From Planctomycetota bacterium (GTDB taxonomy: Bacteria > Planctomycetota > SZUA-567 > H5-PLA8), in contig BTVV01000019.1 of the NCBI GenBank assembly GCA_045863855.1, positions 1 to 64,000 of the forward strand: a stretch of 64,000 bases of DNA, written 5' to 3'. Shown here one piece after another: positions 39,916 through 49,365 of this stretch (its first letter is position 1; every line of letters starts with the position of its first letter). The position numbers were made by a program, and so were the translations under genes. A model generated the notes under the pieces. It did not search any database, was not told where the DNA came from, and saw only the letters and a program-made list of their open reading frames with translations.

Positions 39916-41679
39916 ATGTCGGATGAAGCCGGAAGTTCTCTGACGCCGTTGGGCAAGCTGATCTCGATCGTCCTGATCCTCGGTTTGGTGGGTCTGGGCG
40001 TCTATATCGTGATGGGCAAGGGCGAAACCCCTAAGCCCTCCGGCTCCGGACCGGTCTCGAAGAAAACCGGAGATGGGCCGGCGCCCGACGGGCCCGAGAT
40101 TCCTCCGCCGCCCGGCGAGAGCTTGGAAGCGCCCGACCTGACGGGCATCACGACGGTAAAGGAGTACAAATACGTCCCGGCCGACAAACTGCCGCCGGTG
40201 AAGGGCGCGGCGGCGTACAAGTGGGATGAAAAGAACAAGACCTTCGTCTTCAGCTACAACGTCTGGGCTGGCTGGCTTCCGGTCATCGCCGCCAACCACG
40301 GCACCGAGCCGAACGAAGAAAGCGTCTTCTTCAAGAAGTACGGTTTCAATGTACAGATGAAGCTGATGGACGATCCGGTCGCGGCGCGCGATGCGTTCGC
40401 GGCGGGCGAAGTACATAGTATGTGGGGCACCGTGGACATGCTGGTGCTCTTCGCGGGCGAACTGCTGCGCGACAGCCGGACGAGTCCGCGCATCGTACAG
40501 CAGGTGGACTGGTCCAGCGGCGGCGATGGGATCGTGGTCAGGACGAAGTCCATCAAGAGTGTAAAGGACCTGGCCGGCAAGACGGTGACGCTGGCCCAGA
40601 ATGCGCCGAGCGAATACTACCTTACCTCGCTCCTGCTGAGCGCCGGGATGAAGCCGGCAGACATCAAGCCCAAGTACACCGCTACGGCTTTCGAGGCCGC
40701 GGCGGCGTTCGTGAGCGATCCCAGCGTGCACGCTTGCGTGACGTGGGCGCCGGACATCTACAACATTCCCGAACGCGTGGCGGGAACCAAGATCCTCAGC
40801 AGCACCGCCGACGCGAACAAGCTGATCGCCGACGTCTACGCGGTGCGCGCGGACTTCGTGCGCGACCACCCGGAGATCGTCGAGGGCCTCGTGGCGGGGA
40901 TCTTCGAAGGCATGGACATGGTCAAGGCCGATCCCGCGCCGGCGTGCGCATGGATGGCCGCGGCGTTCCAGATGACGCCGCAGGAAGTGGACGGCATGCG
41001 CGGCGACTTCCACACCACCAACTTCGCCGAAAACGTGCAGTTCTTCCTGAACCAGTCGAACCCGACCAACTTCGAGCGTACCTGGAGCAACGCGGGCTAC
41101 GTGTACCGCAAGCTGGGCCGCATGGATGCGCCGGTGAACTTCGACCAGGTGATGGACTTCGGCTTCGTGAAGAAGCTGCAGGAAAAAGGCACGTTCAAGC
41201 ACCACCAGGACGAGAACGTCGCGAGCTTCACGCCCGGCGCGGTTAAGCAGATCGCCGAGGCTCCCATTCTGACCCAGACGATCCGGATCAACTTTTTCCC
41301 GAACAGCGCCAACCCGTACGAGGGCGCGCGCGATCAGTTCGGCAATCTGGTGGCCGGAAAGCTGTACGACCCGAACGTCGACGCGACGCTGGAGCAGTGC
41401 GCGCGGCTCTCGGGCCAGTTCGACCGCGCCGTGGTCCTGATCGAAGGTCACACCGATTCGAGCATGCGCGGCAAAGTTCCCGAGGACGCGGTGAAGCGCC
41501 TCAGTCTCGACCGCGCCAACTCGATCAAGCAGGCGTTGATCGAGAAGTTCAAGTTCGACCCGAACAAGTTTATCGTGAAGGGCATCGGCTGGGAAAAAGC
41601 CTTCGATCCGAACCAGCCGGACAACCACACGCTCAACCGCCGCGTGGAGATCAGCATCTTCCCGCCGGAACAGCAATAG
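39916..41679 (+). CDS. Membrane-anchored NMT1/SsuA-like ABC substrate-binding protein fused to an OmpA-like domain
   Basis: N-terminal TM helix; WAGWLP, DWSSGGDGIV, SVKDLAGKTV, TWAP; C-terminal IEGHTD...LSLDRANSIK...NRRVEI. Confidence 0.88.
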   Translation: MSDEAGSSLTPLGKLISIVLILGLVGLGVYIVMGKGETPKPSGSGPVSKKTGDGPAPDGPEIPPPPGESLEAPDLTGITTVKEYKYVPADKLPPVKGAAAYKWDEKNKTFVFSYNVWAGWLPVIAANHGTEPNEESVFFKKYGFNVQMKLMDDPVAARDAFAAGEVHSMWGTVDMLVLFAGELLRDSRTSPRIVQQVDWSSGGDGIVVRTKSIKSVKDLAGKTVTLAQNAPSEYYLTSLLLSAGMKPADIKPKYTATAFEAAAAFVSDPSVHACVTWAPDIYNIPERVAGTKILSSTADANKLIADVYAVRADFVRDHPEIVEGLVAGIFEGMDMVKADPAPACAWMAAAFQMTPQEVDGMRGDFHTTNFAENVQFFLNQSNPTNFERTWSNAGYVYRKLGRMDAPVNFDQVMDFGFVKKLQEKGTFKHHQDENVASFTPGAVKQIAEAPILTQTIRINFFPNSANPYEGARDQFGNLVAGKLYDPNVDATLEQCARLSGQFDRAVVLIEGHTDSSMRGKVPEDAVKRLSLDRANSIKQALIEKFKFDPNKFIVKGIGWEKAFDPNQPDNHTLNRRVEISIFPPEQQ

Positions 41680-41705
41680 TCCGCATTCGGTCCGTCCGAG
41701 CACCG

Positions 41706-41743
41706 GAGGCCGGGGCGCGTAGCGCGTCCCGGCCTCTTCCTTT
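41706..41743 (+). terminator. Intrinsic terminator after the SBP-OmpA gene
   Basis: GAGGCCGGGGCGCG-TAG-CGCGTCCCGGCCTC 14-bp stem (one G-U), then TTCCTTT. Confidence 0.65.
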
Positions 41744-41808
41744 ATATGCGCCATCAGGCCGGACTTTCCGGTATACTGGCTGCGTACGTTCGAGGACGGA
41801 CCCGCCGC

Positions 41809-44511
41809 ATGAGCCACGCCCCCGCCCCATCGCCGTCGCTGCGCCCAAGCTGGCAGGGCTACGCCGTCGCTTCGCCTTTGCCCGCGGCGGAAGCCGCGCC
41901 CGAGCCGGAAGGCCCGCAGGGCGAATACAACCTCCAGGCGCCCGAAGCGCCGCTCTCGGTGCCGCTCCTGCCGGAGCAGGCGCCTGCCCGTCCCGCGGAG
42001 TTGCTCGCGCCGGCTGGCGGTTTCGACGCGGCGTGCGCCGCCTTCTATTACGGGGCCGACGCGATTTACCTGGGGCTTCAGAAGTTTTCGGCGCGCGCCG
42101 AAGCGCAAAATTTCACGCTCGAAGAACTGGACGTCATCACCGCCTTCGCGCACAGCCTGACCCCGCGGCGGCGCGTCTTCGTGACGCTGAACACGCTGAT
42201 CCTGCAGCACGAACTCCGTGAACTGGTGGATACCGTCGCGGCGCTGGAAGACATCGGCGTCGATGCGGTGATTCTGCAGGATCTCGGCGTGTACGGCCTG
42301 CTGCGCAAACATTTCCCTGCGATCGAACTCCACGGCAGCACGCAGATGGCGGTGCATAACCGCGCGGGCGCCGAAGCGCTGCGCGCTATGGGCTTCGCGC
42401 GCGTGGTCCTGGCGCGCGAGTTGACCTTCGAGGAAGTGAACGAGATCACGGCCACCTCTGGAGTGGAGACCGAAGTTTTTGTCCACGGAGCGTTGTGCTA
42501 CAGCTACAGCGGGCTGTGCCTGTTCAGCTCGCAGCAAGTGGGCCGCAGCGGCAACCGCGGCAAGTGCGCGTACACGTGCCGCGACAGCTACACCGTCGAA
42601 GGCGCGCCCGAGACCCTGCGCGACGGAGCGCCGACGAAGCGCGATCCGGGCAACGGATTCCCGTTCAGCATGAAGGATCTGGCGTTGCCCGACCATCTGC
42701 CCGCGTTGCGGGCCGCAGGCGTGAGCTGCTTCAAGATCGAAGGGCGCAAGAAAAGCCCGCTCTACGTCGCCACCACCACCGACTATTACCGCGGCCTGCT
42801 GGACGGTTCGATCGCGCCCGAAGATCGCGCAGCACGCGAAGCCGATCTCCAGACGGTTTTCAGCCGCCCGTGGACGCGCCTGTTCGTGCAGTCGCACCGC
42901 GACAAGGAAGTAGCCGACCGCGATACCGTGGGGCATCGCGGGACGCCGGTGGGCGAAGTCGATCGGGTGGTGAACGACCGCCACGGACAGCCGTGGCTGC
43001 GCTTTCGCTCCGATCGCGCACTCGAGCGGCACGACGGATTGCAGATCGATCTGCCGACGCTCGGCCGGCCGTTCGGCTTTGCCGTCGAAGAACTCCGCGT
43101 CATGGACGGCCGCGACAACTCCGAGCGCGCGTACGAAGCCCCGGCCGGAAGCCGCGTAGAGGTCAAGCTGCCCGAAGACCATCCGCCGCTTCCGCAAGGC
43201 GCGGCCGTCTACTGCTCCAGTTCGCAGGACGTGAAGCGCCGTTTTGCTTTCGACCGGCCCAATCCAAGCAAGTTCCGCTCCCGGCGCGACGTTAGCGTCG
43301 AGCTGACCCTGAATCGCGATGCACTGGCGGTGATGCTGCGAGTGCCGGCGCGGCACGAACGCGAGGAAGCCATCGAAGTCCGCGAGACGTTGCCCGGCCC
43401 GTTTGAGGCGGCGCGCGATGCGGCGGGCACCGAAAAAGCGGTGCGGCAGGCTTTCGAAAAGCTGGGCGAGACGCGCTTCGAGCTGGCGGCGTTGGATCTG
43501 CGCAATCCGGACGGGCTCTTCGTACCCGCATCGAAACTCAATGCGCTGCGCCGCGATCTCTGCGCGCGCGCCGAAGCGGAACTCCAAGCGCGCGGCAAGC
43601 GGCGCCTGGATACGCTGTGGGCCGAAACCGAGCCGCGCGCCAAAAAATCCTCGGGCGAGCGTTCCGCGTTCGTTTGGGCGCTGAAGACCGATCGCATCGG
43701 AGCGCTGGAAGCGCTGGAGGACGCGGACTTCGAAGGCCTCGACGAGATGGTGGTGGACATCGCCCGCGACGGACTGGCGGCGCTGGAGCCCCAACTGGAG
43801 GCGCTGTCCGCGCGCTTGGGCCGCGAACGCATCCGTCTGGCGCTGCCTGCCCTGACGCGAAAGTGGGAAGAACGGCAACTCGTACACAAGATCGAGAAGC
43901 TCCGCGCCGCCGGTTGGACGAAGTGGGAACTTGCCAACGTCTCGGGCTGGACGTTCCTGGGCGTGCCCCCGGAAGCCGCAGCCGTCCGCGCGGCGGGCTT
44001 GGATCTGGCCGCGGACTGGTCGCTGTACGCGATCAACCGGCTGGCCGTTCAGCAACTGGCCGAGATGGGCGCCGCGCGCTTTGTCTGTTCGCCCGAGGAC
44101 GGCTTGGAGAATCTGCGCTCGCTGCTGGGCGAATTCGCCGGGCAGGCCACCGTGATCGTGCATCAGGACACGCCGCTCTTTTTGGCGGAGAGCTGCGCAT
44201 ACGCCAATTTAATCGGCGGCTGCCCGGGCAAAGCCAATTGCCGCTTCGAGCAGATGGCGCTCACGAGCAGCTTTGGCGAACGCTTCCTGGCGCTGGATTA
44301 CCACTGCCGGACCATCGTGCTCAGCGAAGGCGCCTACTGTCTCTCGCCGCGATTGAAGGATCTGGCCGCCGCCGGCGCACGGAACCTGCGCGCGGAATTC
44401 GTATACCGCGCTTACGAGCCCGGCGAGTTGCGCGAGCGTTGGCGCCAGATCCGCGCCGGCAGGAATGTGCCTCAAGGCCACTGCGCCAACTTCGACCGCG
44501 GATTACTGTAG
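41809..44511 (+). CDS. U32 family Fe-S hydroxylase (RlhA-like long form)
   Basis: ELLAPAG, GADAIYLG, HGSTQM, HGALCYSYSGLC...SGNRGKCAYTCR, KIEGRKK; DUF3656-like middle; degenerate second U32-like region. Confidence 0.9.
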   Translation: MSHAPAPSPSLRPSWQGYAVASPLPAAEAAPEPEGPQGEYNLQAPEAPLSVPLLPEQAPARPAELLAPAGGFDAACAAFYYGADAIYLGLQKFSARAEAQNFTLEELDVITAFAHSLTPRRRVFVTLNTLILQHELRELVDTVAALEDIGVDAVILQDLGVYGLLRKHFPAIELHGSTQMAVHNRAGAEALRAMGFARVVLARELTFEEVNEITATSGVETEVFVHGALCYSYSGLCLFSSQQVGRSGNRGKCAYTCRDSYTVEGAPETLRDGAPTKRDPGNGFPFSMKDLALPDHLPALRAAGVSCFKIEGRKKSPLYVATTTDYYRGLLDGSIAPEDRAAREADLQTVFSRPWTRLFVQSHRDKEVADRDTVGHRGTPVGEVDRVVNDRHGQPWLRFRSDRALERHDGLQIDLPTLGRPFGFAVEELRVMDGRDNSERAYEAPAGSRVEVKLPEDHPPLPQGAAVYCSSSQDVKRRFAFDRPNPSKFRSRRDVSVELTLNRDALAVMLRVPARHEREEAIEVRETLPGPFEAARDAAGTEKAVRQAFEKLGETRFELAALDLRNPDGLFVPASKLNALRRDLCARAEAELQARGKRRLDTLWAETEPRAKKSSGERSAFVWALKTDRIGALEALEDADFEGLDEMVVDIARDGLAALEPQLEALSARLGRERIRLALPALTRKWEERQLVHKIEKLRAAGWTKWELANVSGWTFLGVPPEAAAVRAAGLDLAADWSLYAINRLAVQQLAEMGAARFVCSPEDGLENLRSLLGEFAGQATVIVHQDTPLFLAESCAYANLIGGCPGKANCRFEQMALTSSFGERFLALDYHCRTIVLSEGAYCLSPRLKDLAAAGARNLRAEFVYRAYEPGELRERWRQIRAGRNVPQGHCANFDRGLL

Positions 44512-44531
44512 TCGCCTTTGCTTCCCCGGGC

Positions 44532-46100
44532 TTACGCGAACGCCGCTTTCCGGAAACGCTCGAACGCAGTCATGCAGTCTTCCACCTTTACCGGAGCGGA
44601 AACCGCCGAAGACGCCGCCTTCTTGAGTGCGGCTTTATGCGCCGAGAAAATTTTAGCCAGAGGCTCATCCATGGCTTCGAACTGTACCTGCGGGTTGGGC
44701 ATGTAGAGCCCGGTGGGCCCCCGTTTCTTGATCAAGCGCTCCAGATCGTCCGCGAGTCCGGTCAGGATCCAGGTTCGATCCTCCAGTTCGCTGAGGAAGA
44801 TCAGATGAAAGACCCCTTCCCCCGCCCAGATCACGGCAAAGGCGTTGGAAAGTCCGGTGTAAAAGCGGACGCACGACTCCACCGTGAGCGCTCCGCGGCG
44901 TTCTTCCCAGCACCGGTCGCCTTGTGCCTGCAGCCCCATTTTGTCGAACTTCTTGTCCAGGCGCTTCAGCGCCGCGGGCAGCGGGAGTTCCTCGAGGTCC
45001 GCCACTTCCGGCAGGACCTCGGAAAGCACCATGCCCAAAAATCCCGCATCGTAATAGGTCTTCTTCTCGAGTTGTGCCGGCGCTAACTCCGGTCCCAAGC
45101 GTTCCTGCGGCCGAACGTCCAGCACCTCGACCACCGCCGGCAGCCACAGGTGGTGGTGTTCGTCTTCGACCCGCTTTTTGGTGGCGTCCCGTCGCCCAAA
45201 GAACGCTTCGGCGCCGTCCCATTCGCTCATTTTTGTAAGCGCCGCATAGCCGTACTCGTCCAACTCCATGCCGGCGGGAGGCGGCAGGCGGCGCGCATCG
45301 TCCCAGGAGGCGGCAAACGAACTGACGAGCGTGAGGCCCGCCGCCGGAACATGGGTCCGAACGTAACCGCCGGGCTTAAGGCCCAGTTTCTCGAGTGCGG
45401 GCGCATCCAAGTTCAAGATATAGGTATCCCAATAATCGTCGAACCAAGCGAGCGCTTCGGCGCGGCGGCCCTCGATCTTGTAGCGCCCCACCCAGCTGGT
45501 GTCGCGCCGATGCTGGAACGGCAACAACTCCGCGGCGGCATCTTTGGGGCTTCCGCCCGGTGTCAGGACAACGACTTCCTGCGGCCCTTCCCACGTCAGG
45601 CCTTCCCGGTCAAGCGCTTCGTGGTCGATGCGGTAGAGCGTGAGGCGGTAATCGCCGGGCGGCACCAGGACGCGCCCGCCTTCGGCGGCGTGCTCTTTCC
45701 GGTACTCCGGACCCACGCGGCTGGCGTCGTTGGATTCGATGCAAAGCGCACCGGACGGAAGGCGCAGAAACGCGGTCTGCGGCTCGAGCCAGCGCGCGGC
45801 GGAGAGCTCCTTTTCCGAAAACGGCTTGCCGACGAAAACGGCCAGATGGACCTCGTCGTCCTGATACAGGCTGTATCCGACGATCTGACCTTGCTGAGTC
45901 TTTGCTTCGAAACCCGGGGGCATGCCGCCAAAGCCCTGGTCGGAGCCCTTCGCGCCGCGAATCGACGCAAGGTTGGCGTCGTCGTAGAGCCAAACCTCCA
46001 GCCCGGAATTGGTGACTTGCACCGTAGTGCCGCCTTTGCGCACGGCAGCCAAGCTTGCGGTCTTGCGTGCGGTTGGCTTCTTTTTTCCCGATTTGGCCAT
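44532..46100 (-). CDS. Hypothetical protein
   Basis: 522-aa ORF with protein-like composition, RBS AAGGA, fills the gap between neighbouring genes; no motif recognised. Confidence 0.7.
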   Translation of the reverse strand: MAKSGKKKPTARKTASLAAVRKGGTTVQVTNSGLEVWLYDDANLASIRGAKGSDQGFGGMPPGFEAKTQQGQIVGYSLYQDDEVHLAVFVGKPFSEKELSAARWLEPQTAFLRLPSGALCIESNDASRVGPEYRKEHAAEGGRVLVPPGDYRLTLYRIDHEALDREGLTWEGPQEVVVLTPGGSPKDAAAELLPFQHRRDTSWVGRYKIEGRRAEALAWFDDYWDTYILNLDAPALEKLGLKPGGYVRTHVPAAGLTLVSSFAASWDDARRLPPPAGMELDEYGYAALTKMSEWDGAEAFFGRRDATKKRVEDEHHHLWLPAVVEVLDVRPQERLGPELAPAQLEKKTYYDAGFLGMVLSEVLPEVADLEELPLPAALKRLDKKFDKMGLQAQGDRCWEERRGALTVESCVRFYTGLSNAFAVIWAGEGVFHLIFLSELEDRTWILTGLADDLERLIKKRGPTGLYMPNPQVQFEAMDEPLAKIFSAHKAALKKAASSAVSAPVKVEDCMTAFERFRKAAFA

Positions 46101-46273
46101 GCAGAAACTTCCTTTCGCGGATGGAAATCAATTCCGAGTATGCTGGAGGCGTTCCGAATTTCCAGCGGCTGCCAGGCCCATGGCGCTCGCCCATTCCGCT
46201 AAAGTTTTCCGTTTTCTTGGTCCAAACCGGCCTCTCATCAGGGTATTAAGTATTAGCAATATTGGAGATGGAT

Positions 46274-47386
46274 ATGCCTCCGGTTTCGCGCCTCGACCCC
46301 GCACCCCAGAAGCCCAAGCGCATCACCATGACCCAGATCGCAAAGGAAGCCGGGGTTTCGCAGCCTACGGTTAGTCTCGTGCTATCTGGGCGTTCGGCGG
46401 AGTTTCGCATCCAGTCCGAGACCGCGCAGCGGGTCTGGGCGACGGCACAACGATTGGGCTACCGGCCGCGCGCGCGGCGCAAGCGGCTCCACCGCGGCGC
46501 ATCGCCTTCCACCGTGCGCGGTCCGATGGTCACCGCGCGTCCGGCCGTCTTCGGCACCCTCTTCATCGAATACAAGAGTCTGGCCGGCGACATCATGTAC
46601 AGCCCGGCGCTCATGGGTCTAAGCCGCGCGGCGACCAGCATCGTGGAAATCAAGCAATTCGGAGGCATCGGCATCGACGGCTTGCCGGACTTTGTGCGCA
46701 ATAACCAGGAAGTCCGCAGTTGCGGGGGCTTGGTGGTGATCACGCACCGCGACCACTCCGCCGAAAAGCTCGCGCCACTCGACGAACTGGGTATCCCGTG
46801 GGTGCTGGTGAATCGCGATCCCAACGGTTTGCGCGCGCCGCGCGTGCTGATGGACACCTACGGCATGGCGTACGGCCTGATGGAAGATCTCCTGCGCCGC
46901 GGGCACCGGCGCATCGCGGTGCTCGGCACGAACCGCTCGATTCCCAGCGCGACCGGACAGCGCCAGGGCTACCGCGAAGCGCTCACCGCCGCCGGATGCT
47001 ACGATCCGGCCCTCGAGTACCTGGACCTCAACGATGCCGGCGATGCGAGCAGCCGCGATCTGATGCAGCGCGTGCTGCGCGAGCACCCGGACGTGACGGC
47101 CGTTTATGTGTTCTTCGATCAAGGCGCGGCGGGCCTGTATGCCGGCGCGCGCGCGGCGGGGCGCCGCATTCCCGAAGACCTGTCCATTGTGGCCAACGGC
47201 GGGCAGGCGGCGGCGCAGCGCGTCGATCCGCCGCTCACCACCATGCGTTACCCGTTGCTGGAGATGGGCGAGGCCGCCTTCCGCATCCTCGACCGCATGT
47301 GGCGCGGCGAGCCGGTTCCCGAGCGCACTTTCTTGCCGGGCGAACTCTGGTCGGGCGGCAGCGTGGGGAATGCGCCCGTCCCATAA
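46274..47386 (+). CDS. LacI-family transcriptional regulator
   Basis: ITMTQIAKEAGVSQPTVSLVLSG...LGYRP; GHRRIAVL; IPEDLSIV; PPLTT. Confidence 0.93.
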   Translation: MPPVSRLDPAPQKPKRITMTQIAKEAGVSQPTVSLVLSGRSAEFRIQSETAQRVWATAQRLGYRPRARRKRLHRGASPSTVRGPMVTARPAVFGTLFIEYKSLAGDIMYSPALMGLSRAATSIVEIKQFGGIGIDGLPDFVRNNQEVRSCGGLVVITHRDHSAEKLAPLDELGIPWVLVNRDPNGLRAPRVLMDTYGMAYGLMEDLLRRGHRRIAVLGTNRSIPSATGQRQGYREALTAAGCYDPALEYLDLNDAGDASSRDLMQRVLREHPDVTAVYVFFDQGAAGLYAGARAAGRRIPEDLSIVANGGQAAAQRVDPPLTTMRYPLLEMGEAAFRILDRMWRGEPVPERTFLPGELWSGGSVGNAPVP

Positions 47387-47412
47387 CGGTCCCTAGCCTT
47401 GGGCGCGCGTAC

Positions 47413-49206
47413 TTACGGCTTAAGTAAAGTGCGCACTTCCAGACCTCGATACGCGATCTTCGTCTGCTTCGACGCGAATAAGTGCAGGTTCCAGCCTTTC
47501 GCGTCGCACTTTTCCGCCTCGTCGGTGCGCAGCACCAGCACCTCGCTCGTGTAGACCCGTACCGTCGTGCCGGCGACTTCGATGCGCCAAGCGTGCGGTT
47601 TGACCGGATCGGCGTTGACGGTTTCGTAAACCCGGTTGGGCTGTCCGGGCAGATAACGGTGCAACTCGACCGCCCCCTTCTGGCCGTGCTTCAAAAAGAC
47701 GCTGGGTGCCGTCGCCGAATTGAACGGTGACCATCCGAAATGATACGCCCCGCCCTGGTGATCGACCGATACGCGCAGCTCGAAACACTCCGGCAGGGCG
47801 CGGCGCGATTGCAAATAAGCGTTCTGCTCCGCGCCTTCCCCGACGATCGCGCCTTGCTCAACCCGCCAGCGCGGTACTTCGGTGCTCCAGCCGGACAAAT
47901 CCTGGCCGCTAAATATGGGGAGCAATGCCCCCACGCTGGATTGGCGCGTGACAATCGGCATGGAAACCGGCGGCTCATCGTCCTCCGCCTCATGCGTCTT
48001 GGCCGGCTGCCCGGCCGATGGGAGAATGGCCGTCTCGGCGGGCGTGGCCTGGTTGACCGGGGTGGGAGCCGGCGCAGCCGCCGCAACAGGACCGCCCGCC
48101 GGAGCCGGAAGCGGTTCGGGCTGAACTTTGGACGGGCCGGGATTGCGCTGAATGATCACCCACGCCACACCCACGGCCAGCACCGCGAAAGCGGCGATGA
48201 AAATCGGAAGCACGCTGAAAGCCGCGCGGACGGCCGGTCCAGGCCGCGTCGTATCGCCGATGCGCCGATCGCGCCGGATCGGTCCGCGCGTGCGCTTCGC
48301 TTGCGCCGGCAGCAACCCGAAGCTGCTCTTGCCCACCGCCAAGGCCTTCGAATCCACGCTCTGCCCCGCCGCCAGCGCCGCGAACTCGCGCGCGATCGTG
48401 CGCAGTTCCGCCGGCCGGTCGTCGCGTTCGCGCGCCGTAAGCTGTTCCAGCAGCGAGCAAAAACCGTCGCTCAATTCCGCGCGAACCGATTGCGGATGCG
48501 GCATCGTCTCGGTGAGGCGTTTGCTCATCACCACCGCCCCGGTGGGCCCCTCGAACGGGGTCCGCCCGGTGGCGGCGTGGTACAGCGTGCAGCCCAGCGC
48601 GTAGGCGTCGCAGCGCCCGTCCAGATCCTTCGCGCCGCGAGCCTGCTCGGGGGCCATGTAATGCGGCGTACCGACCGCCGTGCCCGTCTGCGTCAAATCC
48701 GAATCCTCGCCGCGCTCGATGCGCGAAAGCCCCAGGTCCAGCAGCTTTGGCACGCCGCTGGCATCGAGCAGGATATTCTCGGGCTTCACGTCGCGATGCA
48801 CGATCCCGTAGCGGTGCGCATGCGCCAGCGCATCGGCCATGGCCGCGCCGATGCGAGCGAGTTCCTTTTCCGGAAGCTTCTTGAAGCGCTCCATGAGCTG
48901 CCTGAGCGTCTGGCCTTCCACGAACTCCATCGCAAAAAAATGCATCCCCTCGTCGCAGCCGACGTCGATGCCGGCGACGATATGCGGGTGGCTCAAGCGC
49001 GCCGTCGCGCGCGCTTCGCGCTGGAAGCGGGCGACGAAAGCGGGGTCTCGAGCCAGTTCGGGCTTGAGGAGCTTCAACGCGACCAATCGGTCCAGCGAGG
49101 TCTGCCGGGCGCGGTACACCGCACCCATGGCGCCCGTGCCGATCAGGTCCAGCAGCTCGTAATCCCCGAGGCGGCGTCCCTGGAGTTGCGCATCCATTCC
49201 TGACAC
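47413..49206 (-). CDS. Membrane Ser/Thr protein kinase with C-terminal DUF1080-like beta-sandwich
   Basis: IGTGAMGAVY, VALK, HRDVKPEN, DLG, GTPHYMAPEQ; one TM helix; IFSGQDLSGW...WRVEQGAIVG. Start 49206 or 49197. Confidence 0.92.
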   Translation of the reverse strand: MSGMDAQLQGRRLGDYELLDLIGTGAMGAVYRARQTSLDRLVALKLLKPELARDPAFVARFQREARATARLSHPHIVAGIDVGCDEGMHFFAMEFVEGQTLRQLMERFKKLPEKELARIGAAMADALAHAHRYGIVHRDVKPENILLDASGVPKLLDLGLSRIERGEDSDLTQTGTAVGTPHYMAPEQARGAKDLDGRCDAYALGCTLYHAATGRTPFEGPTGAVVMSKRLTETMPHPQSVRAELSDGFCSLLEQLTARERDDRPAELRTIAREFAALAAGQSVDSKALAVGKSSFGLLPAQAKRTRGPIRRDRRIGDTTRPGPAVRAAFSVLPIFIAAFAVLAVGVAWVIIQRNPGPSKVQPEPLPAPAGGPVAAAAPAPTPVNQATPAETAILPSAGQPAKTHEAEDDEPPVSMPIVTRQSSVGALLPIFSGQDLSGWSTEVPRWRVEQGAIVGEGAEQNAYLQSRRALPECFELRVSVDHQGGAYHFGWSPFNSATAPSVFLKHGQKGAVELHRYLPGQPNRVYETVNADPVKPHAWRIEVAGTTVRVYTSEVLVLRTDEAEKCDAKGWNLHLFASKQTKIAYRGLEVRTLLKP

Positions 49207-49365
49207 TTTACCCCACGTTTATCTCGGTGCGCAGGCGGAAGTACACACGGAGTTAGGGAATGCGCCGCACGAGTGAAGCACCTGTGCGGACATTCCCGCC
49301 TTGCGGCCGCACCGCCGTAGCACGATCGCTAACTTAGGGTATGAATGCTGCGTGGAGCGAACCGT

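Noticed and set aside
39865..44163. 1432-aa minus-strand ORF
   Set aside because: Antisense shadow of the SBP-OmpA and U32 genes; Arg/Ala-rich with no motifs, typical of high-GC codon bias.
46244..46255. LacI operator TATTAAGTATTA upstream of the second LacI gene
   Set aside because: Only an imperfect palindrome in an AT-rich promoter and no second copy seen; too weak to call.
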